Assembly: GCA_049903315.1 (NCBI GenBank)
Contig: JBNGBT010000001.1
Span: 160,001 to 224,000 of the forward strand
DNA from: Candidatus Cloacimonadota bacterium
GTDB taxonomy: Bacteria > Cloacimonadota > Cloacimonadia > JGIOTU-2
Reading direction: 5' to 3'
DNA: 64,000 bases
Part shown: one piece after another, positions 39,469-49,774 of the stretch
Numbering within the stretch: the first letter of the stretch is position 1
Layout of the letters: the number at the start of each line of letters is the position of its first letter
Notes under the pieces: model-generated
What the model was told of the DNA's origin: nothing
What the model saw: only the letters and a program-made list of their open reading frames with translations
The model's database searches: none
Position numbers and translations under genes: made by a program

Positions 39469-40440
39469 ATGACTGAAGATAAACGAAAACTCGTTGTCAT
39501 CGCACTTGGTGGCAATGCAATAAAACAGGCAGATGAAAAGGGCACAGCTGAAGAACAGTTCAATAATGTTGCAATTACGTGTGAGCAGCTTATCAGGATG
39601 AATGCCCTCAACTATAAACTGATTATAACTCATGGAAACGGACCACAGGCAGGTAATCTGCTTATACAACAGGAAGAAGCAAAGAATCTTGTCCCGCCAC
39701 AACCGCTCGATGTTGTTGGTGCAATGACGCAAGGTCAGATCGGGTATATGTTCCAGAATATTTTAAGGGACTATTTCCTCAGAAAAGGGAAAGATATTCC
39801 CATCACTACAGTTGTCACACAAGTGCTTGTGGATGAGAACGATCCTGATTTTAAGGATCCCTCTAAACCTGTTGGACCATTCTATCCAAAAGAAGTTGCA
39901 CTGGAGTTGAAAGAGAAAAAAGGGTATGTGGTAAAACAAGTTAAGCCAAATGGTGAAAAGACCTGGCGTCGTGTCGTTCCATCCCCTGAACCGATCAGAA
40001 TTATTGAAGCAGACTGCATCCGAGCGCTTGTAGCAGCACGTGCAATTATCATTGCTTCAGGTGGCGGGGGGGTGCCGGTCAAAAAGAATCCTGATGGAAC
40101 TTTTAGCGGACTCGAAGCAGTTATTGATAAAGATAAAGCCGGAAATGTACTCGCTCAAGCCGTTGATGCAGATATTTTCCTGATACTGACTGATGTACAG
40201 CATGCATGCATAAACTATGGCAAACCTGATGAAAAAACTCTGGCAGAAATCACCGTTGAAGAAGCCGAAAAGTATCTTGCCGAAGGTCACTTCCTTGCCG
40301 GCAGTATGGGACCGAAGATGCAGGCAGCAATACGCTTTGTAAAAGAAGGTGGAGATAAAGCGATCATCACATCCCTCGATCATGCAGTTGATGCGCTGGA
40401 AGGCAGGACCGGGACGATAATAAGAAAAAGACTCAAATAA
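39469..40440 (+). CDS. arcC: Carbamate kinase
   Basis: VIALGGNA, THGNGPQ.G, PSKPVGPFY, RRVVPSP.P, GGGGVPV, EAVIDKD, GSMGPK. Confidence 0.95.
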   Translation: MTEDKRKLVVIALGGNAIKQADEKGTAEEQFNNVAITCEQLIRMNALNYKLIITHGNGPQAGNLLIQQEEAKNLVPPQPLDVVGAMTQGQIGYMFQNILRDYFLRKGKDIPITTVVTQVLVDENDPDFKDPSKPVGPFYPKEVALELKEKKGYVVKQVKPNGEKTWRRVVPSPEPIRIIEADCIRALVAARAIIIASGGGGVPVKKNPDGTFSGLEAVIDKDKAGNVLAQAVDADIFLILTDVQHACINYGKPDEKTLAEITVEEAEKYLAEGHFLAGSMGPKMQAAIRFVKEGGDKAIITSLDHAVDALEGRTGTIIRKRLK

Positions 40441-40475
40441 TGAGTCTTTTTCTTAAAGATTTTTAAATTCTGTAT

Positions 40476-41537
40476 TTATTTCCAACCACCTTCATGATAT
40501 AAAGCATCTATTTCTGATTGATTCAAGGTTCTTTTATAAATTCTTATATCATCCATATCACCATAAAAATATGATTGATCTGAATGTTGTCTATAATCAG
40601 TCCCGAACCTGTCCTCTTCATCTGAAAAACGAACAAATGTTAGTGAAGGATTTCCATCTAGGTATGTTGATTTTTCTTCTCCATTCAAATATATTTTAAT
40701 ATTTGATGGATTATCAAAACATACTGTTAGCATAGTCCATTGCATTATAGGAATGGTATTGTTAGTAATGATTTTTTTTGTTGCATCATCACCAGCTCCT
40801 GCAGTTTGTGCAAAAGATGCAATAATTTTATTATCTGCATTTCTTCGAATCCAAAAGCCATAATAACTAGCCCAGTAACTATCATTATAATCACTTGAAT
40901 AAAAAGTCTCACTTCTTTGTAGATTTAAATTATTTGCATAGAACCAAATATTTACAGTCAAGGGAAAATTATTTATTGGTAATTTATTATCAGTTTCAAT
41001 ATAAGCATCAGATCCGTTATAATCAATAGCACTGTTTGAATTTCCGAATCTATCAGCAGAATAATTTACACCACCAATAGAATGAGCATTCCATCCATTT
41101 GCACTTGAGTCATTAGAGTTACCATTTAAAGGGTAATAGACTAAATAATCAGTTGGAATATTATTAGGTGTTTCAGTTAGAATAATAGAAATTGATTGGG
41201 AAATTGAGGAATTATTATTAGTATCAATTGCTTTAACATAAATCGAATGGTTTGTATCCTTCAATTCTCCAGTATCCCATGAATATTGATATGGTTCATT
41301 TTCATCAATAAATACAATACTTCCATCAATATAAAATCTTACTTCAAGAATTCCATTATTATCACTGGCTTCTGCAGTAATATTAATTGTTGATCCTTGT
41401 TCAAACTCAGCATTATTTGCAGGAAAGGTGATAGAAACCGTAGGCGCTGTTGAGTCTGTTTCGGTAGTTCTGTCACAGGAAAGAGACGACAAAGTCATTA
41501 GAATTAAAACAAACATAATAATTTTTGTTTTTTTCAT
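40476..41537 (-). CDS. Lipoprotein with bacterial Ig-like and LamG (concanavalin-like) domains
   Basis: Lipobox-like SLSC; D.TAPTVSITFP...PYQYSWDT; YYPLNGN.ND...DDIRIY.R.L. Confidence 0.82.
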   Translation of the reverse strand: MKKTKIIMFVLILMTLSSLSCDRTTETDSTAPTVSITFPANNAEFEQGSTINITAEASDNNGILEVRFYIDGSIVFIDENEPYQYSWDTGELKDTNHSIYVKAIDTNNNSSISQSISIILTETPNNIPTDYLVYYPLNGNSNDSSANGWNAHSIGGVNYSADRFGNSNSAIDYNGSDAYIETDNKLPINNFPLTVNIWFYANNLNLQRSETFYSSDYNDSYWASYYGFWIRRNADNKIIASFAQTAGAGDDATKKIITNNTIPIMQWTMLTVCFDNPSNIKIYLNGEEKSTYLDGNPSLTFVRFSDEEDRFGTDYRQHSDQSYFYGDMDDIRIYKRTLNQSEIDALYHEGGWK

Positions 41538-41571
41538 GATTTAAATACTCCTTTCTTTTACAAATCCAAAC

Positions 41572-41589
41572 TACAATTTCCGTGCCAAA
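41572..41589 (-). promoter_or_regulatory. sigma54 (-24/-12) promoter for the LamG lipoprotein gene
   Basis: Minus strand TTTGGCACG-GAAA-TTGTA; one mismatch to TGGCACG-N4-TTGC. Confidence 0.6.
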
Positions 41590-41650
41590 CACAAAATCCC
41601 CTTAAACTCGGCATTTCCACCTTTTCCAACAAATTATCAAATAATCATTT

Positions 41651-41986
41651 TGCCCGATTCCGACCACTTATATTAAATTATTGAGATGGAAAAATTATAG
41701 AAAAATGTTTATTAGCAGTACTTTATGGAATTATTCCATTGAGTGTCCGATTTGCAACACCATGTTGCAAATATGCAGCGCATCAAGAAATTTAATTAAT
41801 ATAAACTAATTGTATATTAAATCTGTTGCAATTCTGCAACGAGTGTTCGAAATCGATCAGGGGGTAATAAAGTGCTGTAATCTACTGAATAGAGGTGAAA
41901 TAAGTAATTTTTTTTGAGATTCTATTGCCCGAATTCGAGCAATTTTGGGTTTGTAGATTTCCCGCTTATGTTGCAAGTATGCTACA
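41651..41986. promoter_or_regulatory. Array of palindromic candidate enhancer (UAS) sites
   Basis: TGTTGCA-N4-TGCNRC(A/G) at 41763, 41824, 41969; TGYYCGA-led 16-bp imperfect palindromes at 41651, 41744, 41844, 41926. Confidence 0.65.
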
Positions 41987-42004
41987 CAGAGGATCTTAAC
42001 AATT

Positions 42005-42021
42005 TTGGCACAATATTTGCA
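42005..42021 (+). promoter_or_regulatory. sigma54 (-24/-12) promoter for the downstream gene run
   Basis: TTGGCAC-AATAT-TTGCA, consensus with correct spacing. Confidence 0.8.
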
Positions 42022-42134
42022 GTATTTTATAATATGTTAAAAGAATATAAATTTAGCAATAAAATCATAGTATTATTAACAAATAATTTTCAAATATAAG
42101 ATATCTAATAGAAAGTTTATAATGTAATATTGTT

Positions 42135-42386
42135 ATGAATGAGAAACTATTAAAAAGTTTAGAAAAAGTTAATTTAAAATTTAACGAAGATTTTGTTAGT
42201 GGAAAATTGAATGGATATAATATATTGATTGATGCTTCAAATGATGCTTTAAGAATTGTGCTGAATACTGAAATTGAAGAAGATAAAGGAAAACTTTATG
42301 AATATCTAGATATGAAGAAAAAGAAAATTTTCGCTTTGAAAAATTGTAAAGGATATGATTTCGTTTTGATTTTCTTAAAGATATAA
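42135..42386 (+). pseudogene. Short ORF, possibly a degraded gene
   Basis: 83 aa ORF followed by about 230 bp of stop-rich AT-rich sequence. Confidence 0.35.
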
Positions 42387-42620
42387 TTTATATTGCAAAC
42401 TTGAAGATGAAATAATCTATAGTTAAATGATTATGTATAAAAATGATTTAGAGAAGTTAAGATTATTGTCATAATCCTTGATGGTTAAATAATACATGAC
42501 AGTTATACGGCTCAGTTTTGAAATCAAATCGGCTTTATATATATTTAAGAGAATAATGATATATACTTGTAGTGTAATAAAAAGACAATGAAAGAAAAAA
42601 TTAAATTCCATGGAGGAAAA

Positions 42621-43568
42621 ATGGAAAAAAAGACCTTAGTTGGTATAGTCATTCTTGTATTGCTGGTAAGTGCATTATATGCACAGGTTGCTACAACCAC
42701 AATTGAAAAGATTGAAGCAAATCCCGGATCTTATTTCGGAAAAGAAGTTACTGTTCTTGGTTTCATTGAACTGTATGTCGACTCACCAGGTGGCACATAT
42801 TATTATCTTTTAAAAGGCGATTACGGTGGTGTAATAAAAGTAAACTGTTCAAAACAAGAGGAAACTAAAAAGAAATATTATGTAACAGGTCTCGTGCAAA
42901 AAGATTTGAAAACAACCCAACCAATCATTGTTGAAACAAAGATCATTCCTGTAATACCGATACCTGCTGAAGAGGAACCAATCGTAGATTACACGTGGAT
43001 ATACTATGTCTTTGGTGGCTTAGTGATAGTCTTAATAATTCTCATAATTGTACAGTTTGCTATCAAGAAAAAAGGGAAGATGGAACAAACCCTTAGTACT
43101 TCTTCCGATAGCTTCTCTTCAGAACTAAAAGCTCCCCCAACAATGCCCAGTCAGAATACAATGCCCCGAACTTCATCCCAGTTCTCTACTATTAAAATAA
43201 CCAATGCTGTACCTAAAACAATGAGATTCATTCCCGGAAAATTAAAAATTGTATCAGATAGAGATAAGGGTAAAGAGTTCAGGATTGCTGGATACCCAAC
43301 ACCTAAGGGAAATATAGTTACTATAGGAAGAGAAGCAGTAAAAGGTGATAGAGAATTTGCACATATTCAGATTGATGAAAAGTTCGGAACTGTTTCCAGA
43401 AAACAAGCTGAATTCAGAGAAAAGGATGGTAAACTCTATATTAAGAATTTGAGTAGTACTAATCTCACTCAAATCAATGGAAAAGAGATTGCCGCTAATG
43501 AAATTGTTGAAGTGAAGTTTGGTGATGTCGTTCGAATGGGCGAGATCGAGTTCGAATATTCAATGTAA
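42621..43568 (+). CDS. Membrane protein: signal peptide, small extracytoplasmic (OB-like) domain, TM, cytoplasmic FHA domain
   Basis: GGAGG RBS; TM WIYYVFGGLVIVLIILIIVQF; FHA motifs VTIGR, VSRKQA, STN.T.ING. Confidence 0.85.
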   Translation: MEKKTLVGIVILVLLVSALYAQVATTTIEKIEANPGSYFGKEVTVLGFIELYVDSPGGTYYYLLKGDYGGVIKVNCSKQEETKKKYYVTGLVQKDLKTTQPIIVETKIIPVIPIPAEEEPIVDYTWIYYVFGGLVIVLIILIIVQFAIKKKGKMEQTLSTSSDSFSSELKAPPTMPSQNTMPRTSSQFSTIKITNAVPKTMRFIPGKLKIVSDRDKGKEFRIAGYPTPKGNIVTIGREAVKGDREFAHIQIDEKFGTVSRKQAEFREKDGKLYIKNLSSTNLTQINGKEIAANEIVEVKFGDVVRMGEIEFEYSM

Positions 43569-43603
43569 ATAACCAGCTTATCAACAAATATTTGGAGCAA
43601 AAA

Positions 43604-44905
43604 ATGAAAATCAATTCATTTGGGTGGACCTATGTCGGTAGAAGAGAGCAAAATCAGGATTCGATTTTGCTCTTGGAGATAGATAAGACACGTAATATAT
43701 ATTTTTACGCTGTTGCCGATGGAATGGGAGGAATGGGGGGCGGAGAAGTTGCCAGTGAAATAGTGACGCGAATTTGTAAGAATTATCTCGAAGAGATATT
43801 CAAAATACATGAAAATCTTAAACTGAAAGAAATTCTTAATGAAGTGATTATTGAGATCGACAATGAGATCCTCAGAACGACAGAGGAAGACAAAAGCCTT
43901 TCTGGCATGGGATCCACCCTTACATGTCTTTTGATAGCTGGGAAAAATTACGTAGTGGGAAATGTTGGGGATAGTAGAACCTATATTTTAGATGGAAAAA
44001 ATATTCATCAATTATCAGTTGATCATTCATATATAGAGGAATATAAGCAAAAATATAATGGACAGGTTGATGAAGCTATACAGAAGAAATACGGGCATAT
44101 TGTTACAAAATCTTTGAGTGGCGTTCATGATGAACCTGATATTTTCCCCAAAGAAAAAGATAGTTATTTACTTGGGGAAGGAACTGCTTTCATGTTATGC
44201 TCTGATGGACTGCTTGTTAATAAAAACAATAATACAACAGGCAATTTCATTCATAAAGTTTGCATTGGGACAAAAAATCCAAAAGAAGCTGTAGAATATC
44301 TTATTAAACTAGCCTATCATTCTGGCTCAACAGATAATATTTCTGTGATATTTGTAGAAATAGGAGAACTGGCCAGGAAAAAGAAAGCGGATCTTCCAAA
44401 ATCTTTCTTCGTTGATCAGGTTGTTTCCAAAGTAAAATTAAAGCCTGTAAAGAGGTTGAAAGTTATTAATTTTGCTTTTATTATTGTTATATTAGCTGGG
44501 ATACTTTTTATTGGGTATAAAATACTACCAACAAAAAGTTACATTAATAGGGAATATAATATTGGCAAAAGTGAATTAGAAACACCAGATACTTCTAAGA
44601 CTTACAACAAAATACAGAAATTAGAATTCGTAAAAATCGATGTTGGTGACGAAATAAATATTGATGTTGGTCGAATTTCTTGGGAATTTAGTGGAGGTAA
44701 AAATCTTGAATACACATTACAAATTGAAAAAGACAATTCAATAGTAATAACATATGAAACAGAAATGATAGAAATTGAAATTAATAAAGTTTTCGATAAA
44801 GATAAAGACATAAAAAGAGGAGAAAAGTACAATTTTATTATCAATGCTAATTCAAGTGATGGGCAAACAGAACAAGGAATCAAAAAGAATGTATTATTAA
44901 AATAA
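43604..44905 (+). CDS. PP2C/PPM Ser/Thr phosphatase with TM and C-terminal extracytoplasmic domain
   Basis: R..NQD, VADGMGG, MGST, NVGDSRTY, LCSDGL, DNIS. Confidence 0.93.
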   Translation: MKINSFGWTYVGRREQNQDSILLLEIDKTRNIYFYAVADGMGGMGGGEVASEIVTRICKNYLEEIFKIHENLKLKEILNEVIIEIDNEILRTTEEDKSLSGMGSTLTCLLIAGKNYVVGNVGDSRTYILDGKNIHQLSVDHSYIEEYKQKYNGQVDEAIQKKYGHIVTKSLSGVHDEPDIFPKEKDSYLLGEGTAFMLCSDGLLVNKNNNTTGNFIHKVCIGTKNPKEAVEYLIKLAYHSGSTDNISVIFVEIGELARKKKADLPKSFFVDQVVSKVKLKPVKRLKVINFAFIIVILAGILFIGYKILPTKSYINREYNIGKSELETPDTSKTYNKIQKLEFVKIDVGDEINIDVGRISWEFSGGKNLEYTLQIEKDNSIVITYETEMIEIEINKVFDKDKDIKRGEKYNFIINANSSDGQTEQGIKKNVLLK

Positions 44906-44921
44906 AAGAATTAGGAGAAGC

Positions 44922-47462
44922 ATGAAAAAATATATTTTATTACTACTTTGCATCTTTCTGGCATTTTGTAAAGGTTCTCAATACGAATTCAAGACGACAG
45001 AACTAAAGATTAAAAGGATAGAAATAACCCAGTTACCAGATCTTACATTATTTTACAAGTGTTTTGTGAATGGTGAAGCTATTGCTGAAGACGAAAACTG
45101 TATAAAGAGTACTAATATAAGCTGTAACGATCAGAATTTTACCATTGACGACATATCGCTTTATACTCCCAATCTTGATGTATATTATATAACCAACTAT
45201 CTCAGCAACACTTCAATTCTGAATTACGAATCATCATTAAATAAAATACACTCTCAGTATAAAATCTATAAAAATGATATCAATTCCCTTTCAGAAATAC
45301 CAATCATGAATGCAGAGGTTATTAATCTACAGACATATTGGAAAAAATGTAGTAATTTCTTTGATAATACGTTTTCTTTTCTGCAGACACTTGATGATCA
45401 ATACTCATACAAATTATTCATATTTTTCATATCCAAAAATACAGATGAAAACGAAATAGCGAACAGGAAGTATGTGGAGAACATACAACAGGTGATTAAT
45501 AAGCACCCTAATTGGGGATTTGGAATTTTCTATGAAAAAGGTTTTGCAGAACAGATCAAAAACTTCAATATAAGCATTCCAGATCAATGTTTCTTTATTA
45601 AAGAGCTTATTGATGTTGAATACAAAGGTTCACAAGCACAGGAAAAAGAAATCAATAGTGCTGTAAGTTTGATGATGAACTCAAACTACAAAATAGATCT
45701 AAGATTTGATAATGAATATATTGTAGATCCTAATAGAGAAACATATGAAATTATCCTTTCTTCAAATTATAAGAATATACTCCTTAGTGACAATTATAGT
45801 TGGCATCCTGCTCTGTCTTTAATCAAAGAATATTATATACAATATGTGGAAAATTCGATAGCTGTATATGAAGAAGATGAAAATTATCCAGCGATGCTTG
45901 GCATAATATGGGATGAATACAGTAAAACGAAGTTCCCAGAATTAAAACAATTAGCGGTTAGTAAAATCAGAGAATGGCTTGTTTCTAACGTTGATTTACT
46001 AGAAAATCAATCACAATCAGAATTACTATTTCAGAGTGGATTTGATGCTCTATATATTGCTGATAATGTCTGGGAACTAACAAGTATCTGGTATTTAGGT
46101 TTAAAAGAGAAATTTTTAGTTCTTTACGCAGCTTATCAAAAAAATCAAAATCATAATTATAATGAGCGCATAGAGATATATAATAAAATACTTACCATTA
46201 ATCCAGATAATAAGGAGATGGAATTTGATCTTAACGAATGCATTGCCGATCAATATTTAGATGCATCAAATTATCCTAATGCTTTAGAGTATCTGCAAAA
46301 AGCTGTTGATATAAATAACACATCGGAAATTCGGACAAAACTTAAAACAAATCTTAAAAGAATAATTACTTCAGATTTCCAAAACAGAAACTATGAAGAG
46401 CTTTATTACTTAGCGGAAAAGTACAACATCTATATTAATGATCCAAAGGAGGATTTTAGAAGTATTACATACTGGGCTATTGCAGCAAGGAATATACACA
46501 AATCAGATTCAGCACTTGCAAAATTTAACATTTTACTTGATAATTGGCACCAGAATGATGTATTAGACTACGATGATTTGTTGAAGTATATGTTTAATGT
46601 TTATGCCGAGAATATGGATTTTGAAGAAGCATATGAGTTATTAAAGCAAGTCAGCATGGATATACAGGAGGACGAGCTTTACAAGGTGCCCGATCTTTTA
46701 TGGGCAATTGTCTATCTACGTAGTGTTTATTTGGAACCATTCATAAATGTGGTAAATAGATATTTTATGAATAATGGTCTACACAATATACAACCACTTG
46801 CGATGGAGTATGCAGATACTGATTTATCTCAATATTTGGAAAATATGTATATCTTAAACTCTAATGGTAATCTTAAAACAAACATATATGGTTTAGAAGG
46901 GAATATTAAATTACCTACTCACCTTAATAGATATACAAAGAAATATATCGAAGATGATATTACGAACTGGTATATACAACCAATTAGTAATGGATATTTT
47001 GTTGTGCAAACCAGTAATAACCTTACTCCTTCTGAAGAAGTGTGGTATAGGGATCTGCAGAACAATTTCTCGGAACCAGCGATCTGGAATGAAGCGAAAG
47101 AGTTTTTTACGGATGAATCAAGGATAACCTTGATCAAACTTACTTCAGTAATTATTGGAAATGATGTCGTGTATAATGGTGTTCAAAATATTCCCACATA
47201 TAGTCAAGTATTAGGTGAGTTCCCGGATTATAAATATTTTGTTATTCAGAATTCAGTCGAGAAGATTATATATAATTTGAACTTCGATACTGGAGATGCA
47301 CTATATTTTAATAATGGTTGGGAATCATCAAGTCAATCCCCCCTTCTATACCGACAAGAAATTGAATATGGTTTTAATAAGACCAAGTTATTAGATATAG
47401 CTTACCCATATTTCAAGTCCGGAAACTGGCAAGGTGTAATACGCTACGGATTCAAAGAATAA
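44922..47462 (+). CDS. Large exported (probable lipo)protein with TPR-like helices
   Basis: MKKYILLLLCIFLAFC signal; Y..ALEYLQKAV.IN and YNKIL.INPDN TPR-like segments. Confidence 0.65.
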   Translation: MKKYILLLLCIFLAFCKGSQYEFKTTELKIKRIEITQLPDLTLFYKCFVNGEAIAEDENCIKSTNISCNDQNFTIDDISLYTPNLDVYYITNYLSNTSILNYESSLNKIHSQYKIYKNDINSLSEIPIMNAEVINLQTYWKKCSNFFDNTFSFLQTLDDQYSYKLFIFFISKNTDENEIANRKYVENIQQVINKHPNWGFGIFYEKGFAEQIKNFNISIPDQCFFIKELIDVEYKGSQAQEKEINSAVSLMMNSNYKIDLRFDNEYIVDPNRETYEIILSSNYKNILLSDNYSWHPALSLIKEYYIQYVENSIAVYEEDENYPAMLGIIWDEYSKTKFPELKQLAVSKIREWLVSNVDLLENQSQSELLFQSGFDALYIADNVWELTSIWYLGLKEKFLVLYAAYQKNQNHNYNERIEIYNKILTINPDNKEMEFDLNECIADQYLDASNYPNALEYLQKAVDINNTSEIRTKLKTNLKRIITSDFQNRNYEELYYLAEKYNIYINDPKEDFRSITYWAIAARNIHKSDSALAKFNILLDNWHQNDVLDYDDLLKYMFNVYAENMDFEEAYELLKQVSMDIQEDELYKVPDLLWAIVYLRSVYLEPFINVVNRYFMNNGLHNIQPLAMEYADTDLSQYLENMYILNSNGNLKTNIYGLEGNIKLPTHLNRYTKKYIEDDITNWYIQPISNGYFVVQTSNNLTPSEEVWYRDLQNNFSEPAIWNEAKEFFTDESRITLIKLTSVIIGNDVVYNGVQNIPTYSQVLGEFPDYKYFVIQNSVEKIIYNLNFDTGDALYFNNGWESSSQSPLLYRQEIEYGFNKTKLLDIAYPYFKSGNWQGVIRYGFKE

Positions 47463-47511
47463 CGTTCTACAGCTGCTGACATGAGTAATCAAACAAGAAA
47501 TTGGAGTTTAC

Positions 47512-49047
47512 GTGCTAGTAGAAAAATTTAAGGAATATTATGGTTCTAAGTACTCAATTGAAAACCAATTGCATCAGTCAAACATGTCTTATATATATAA
47601 AGGACTGAAACTTGATACTGGTGAACCTGTAGCTATTAAGATACAAAAGCCGCAGATGAACGATCCGGAGACCAGCAAAAAACGTTTTTTCCTCGAACCC
47701 GAACTGCTTAATCAGTTCAGCCATCCCAATATTGTAAAAGTGCGGGAGATGGAGGGCAACGGTGAGGTCAACTATTTCTCTCTTGAGTACATCAATGGAC
47801 TGGATTTGTTCAAAACGGTAAATACCCAAGGTATAATTCCATACGATAAAGGAATCGAGATCATTAAGCAGGTTAATTCTGCATTAAAACATGTACACAA
47901 GCTTGGTAAGGTCCACAGAGATATAAAAACTTCAAACATTATGGTTGATCAGAGTGGCAGAGCTGTGCTTATTGATTTTGGCATTGCCCTGGATCTTCAT
48001 GCAACAACACGTTTAACTATACATGGCGACATTTTTGGAACTCCTGAATATATGTCTCCGGAACAGGCACGGGGTGAAAGAGACATTGATAAGTCAACGG
48101 ATATTTATTCAATTGGTATAGTCTTGTATGAGATCTTTACCGGTAAAATTCCTTTCAGGTCTGATAATCAAATCCGGACAATTGAACTTATAAAAAATAT
48201 GGATCCTGAACCACCTAAAAAACATAATCCTTCCATACCAAAGCATATAAATAATACGATCATGAAATGCATTGCAAAAAATCCCGCTGATCGTTTTCAG
48301 CATATTGAGGATATCAGCGATGCGCTAGAATCTGATAAGATAGTCATTTCACACCAGGACGAAAAGATAAAAACAGCTCGAAAAGCAGATACAAGAGACA
48401 AGCCTGATACGAAGGCAACTATAACAAGCAGTGAGATCAAGATAAAACGCGCAATCAATGCAATTATTGGTATTATTGTACTTGCCATGGTAATTTTTCC
48501 TGTATTTTTCGTAAAAGATACTGTTTTAAGAATAATCATTCCTTTAATGATAATCATACTTGGTAGTATAATATACATGCTGTCCCCATTTTTCCCAAAG
48601 AAAGCATTCAGAAGAATGCCTACACAGCAACCGGGAAATATTCAAGGCAATTCTTTCAATGATTTCTTTGTTCCTTCTCTCCAGAGGAACAGCTCCCGCA
48701 TTCCGGGTACTTTTAAAATAATTGATGGTCCTGATAAAGGCAAATGTTTTACTGTTCCGGGAATCATTGAATCGGGATTAATTCGTTCGACTTTTGGAAG
48801 AGGAGGTATTGAGTATCCACTTTCCCTGGCACATATTAAAATATATGATAGGGAAGATCTGAGGATGATTTCACGGTACCAAATGGAATTATTTTACAAT
48901 AACCGTGATGTGATACTTCGTAATAAAAGCCAAAATACCCCCGTATGCATTAATGATGATATTCTTTATAGCGACCAACACAGTGTACTAAATGATGGGG
49001 ACATCATAGAAATCTCTAAGATAAAGCTAAGGTACAACAGTCTATAA
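47512..49047 (+). CDS. Hanks-type Ser/Thr kinase with two TM helices and C-terminal FHA domain
   Basis: VAIK, HRDIKTSN, DFG, GTPEYMSPEQ; FHA-like FGR, ISR, N..V.IN. Confidence 0.9.
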   Translation: MLVEKFKEYYGSKYSIENQLHQSNMSYIYKGLKLDTGEPVAIKIQKPQMNDPETSKKRFFLEPELLNQFSHPNIVKVREMEGNGEVNYFSLEYINGLDLFKTVNTQGIIPYDKGIEIIKQVNSALKHVHKLGKVHRDIKTSNIMVDQSGRAVLIDFGIALDLHATTRLTIHGDIFGTPEYMSPEQARGERDIDKSTDIYSIGIVLYEIFTGKIPFRSDNQIRTIELIKNMDPEPPKKHNPSIPKHINNTIMKCIAKNPADRFQHIEDISDALESDKIVISHQDEKIKTARKADTRDKPDTKATITSSEIKIKRAINAIIGIIVLAMVIFPVFFVKDTVLRIIIPLMIIILGSIIYMLSPFFPKKAFRRMPTQQPGNIQGNSFNDFFVPSLQRNSSRIPGTFKIIDGPDKGKCFTVPGIIESGLIRSTFGRGGIEYPLSLAHIKIYDREDLRMISRYQMELFYNNRDVILRNKSQNTPVCINDDILYSDQHSVLNDGDIIEISKIKLRYNSL

Positions 49048-49066
49048 ATTAAATTGATGAGGTGAC

Positions 49067-49774
49067 ATGGAAATATATATAGGTAAAAGCAGCGATAATG
49101 ATTATAGGATTGAAGATCCACATGTTTCAAGAAAACACTGTAAGATAATTATTCAGAGTGGCAGAATGTACATTATAGATCTGAATTCCACCAACGGAAC
49201 ATACCTTGATGGACAGAAGATCAATCCCAACGAAAAATATTATATTGATAGTCGTTCTGAAATTCTTCTTGCAGGGACCAAAAAAATTGATTGGAACGTG
49301 ATAACTCGATACATTCCTGATGAAAATAAGACAGTAAGGATAAGCGAACCTGTTCAATTTCCGCCGAAAAACCACAAGTTACCTGGAGAGCAGCACAGTC
49401 ATAAGCAGGAACTCAGAAATGAATATTCTAGAAATAAACGGGAGAGAACAAGTCGAGATAATAGACAGTATGATAATTATCAGAAAAGAGGTTTTAGAGA
49501 TGAAGTGAATTATGCAGTACATGCAGGAAAATCTTATGTAGGATCAGCATTTATCACACTTGCACTTTATTATGTAGGTCTTTGGTTAGGGGGAGTTATA
49601 TGCAATATTATATATTTAGGACAAGCAAAAAAAACAAAAGAAATAATTGGCTCTAGTCCATCAGGATATGGGTGTTTGATCTTTTTAATATGGACCCACT
49701 TGATAATTCCTATACTAGTCCTATTGTTTTTATTAATAACTGGTTCATCAATATTGGTTGGGATATTTAATTAA
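49067..49774 (+). CDS. FHA-domain membrane protein
   Basis: IGK...ND..I....VSRKH....DLNSTNGT; C-terminal TM segments. Confidence 0.88.
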   Translation: MEIYIGKSSDNDYRIEDPHVSRKHCKIIIQSGRMYIIDLNSTNGTYLDGQKINPNEKYYIDSRSEILLAGTKKIDWNVITRYIPDENKTVRISEPVQFPPKNHKLPGEQHSHKQELRNEYSRNKRERTSRDNRQYDNYQKRGFRDEVNYAVHAGKSYVGSAFITLALYYVGLWLGGVICNIIYLGQAKKTKEIIGSSPSGYGCLIFLIWTHLIIPILVLLFLLITGSSILVGIFN

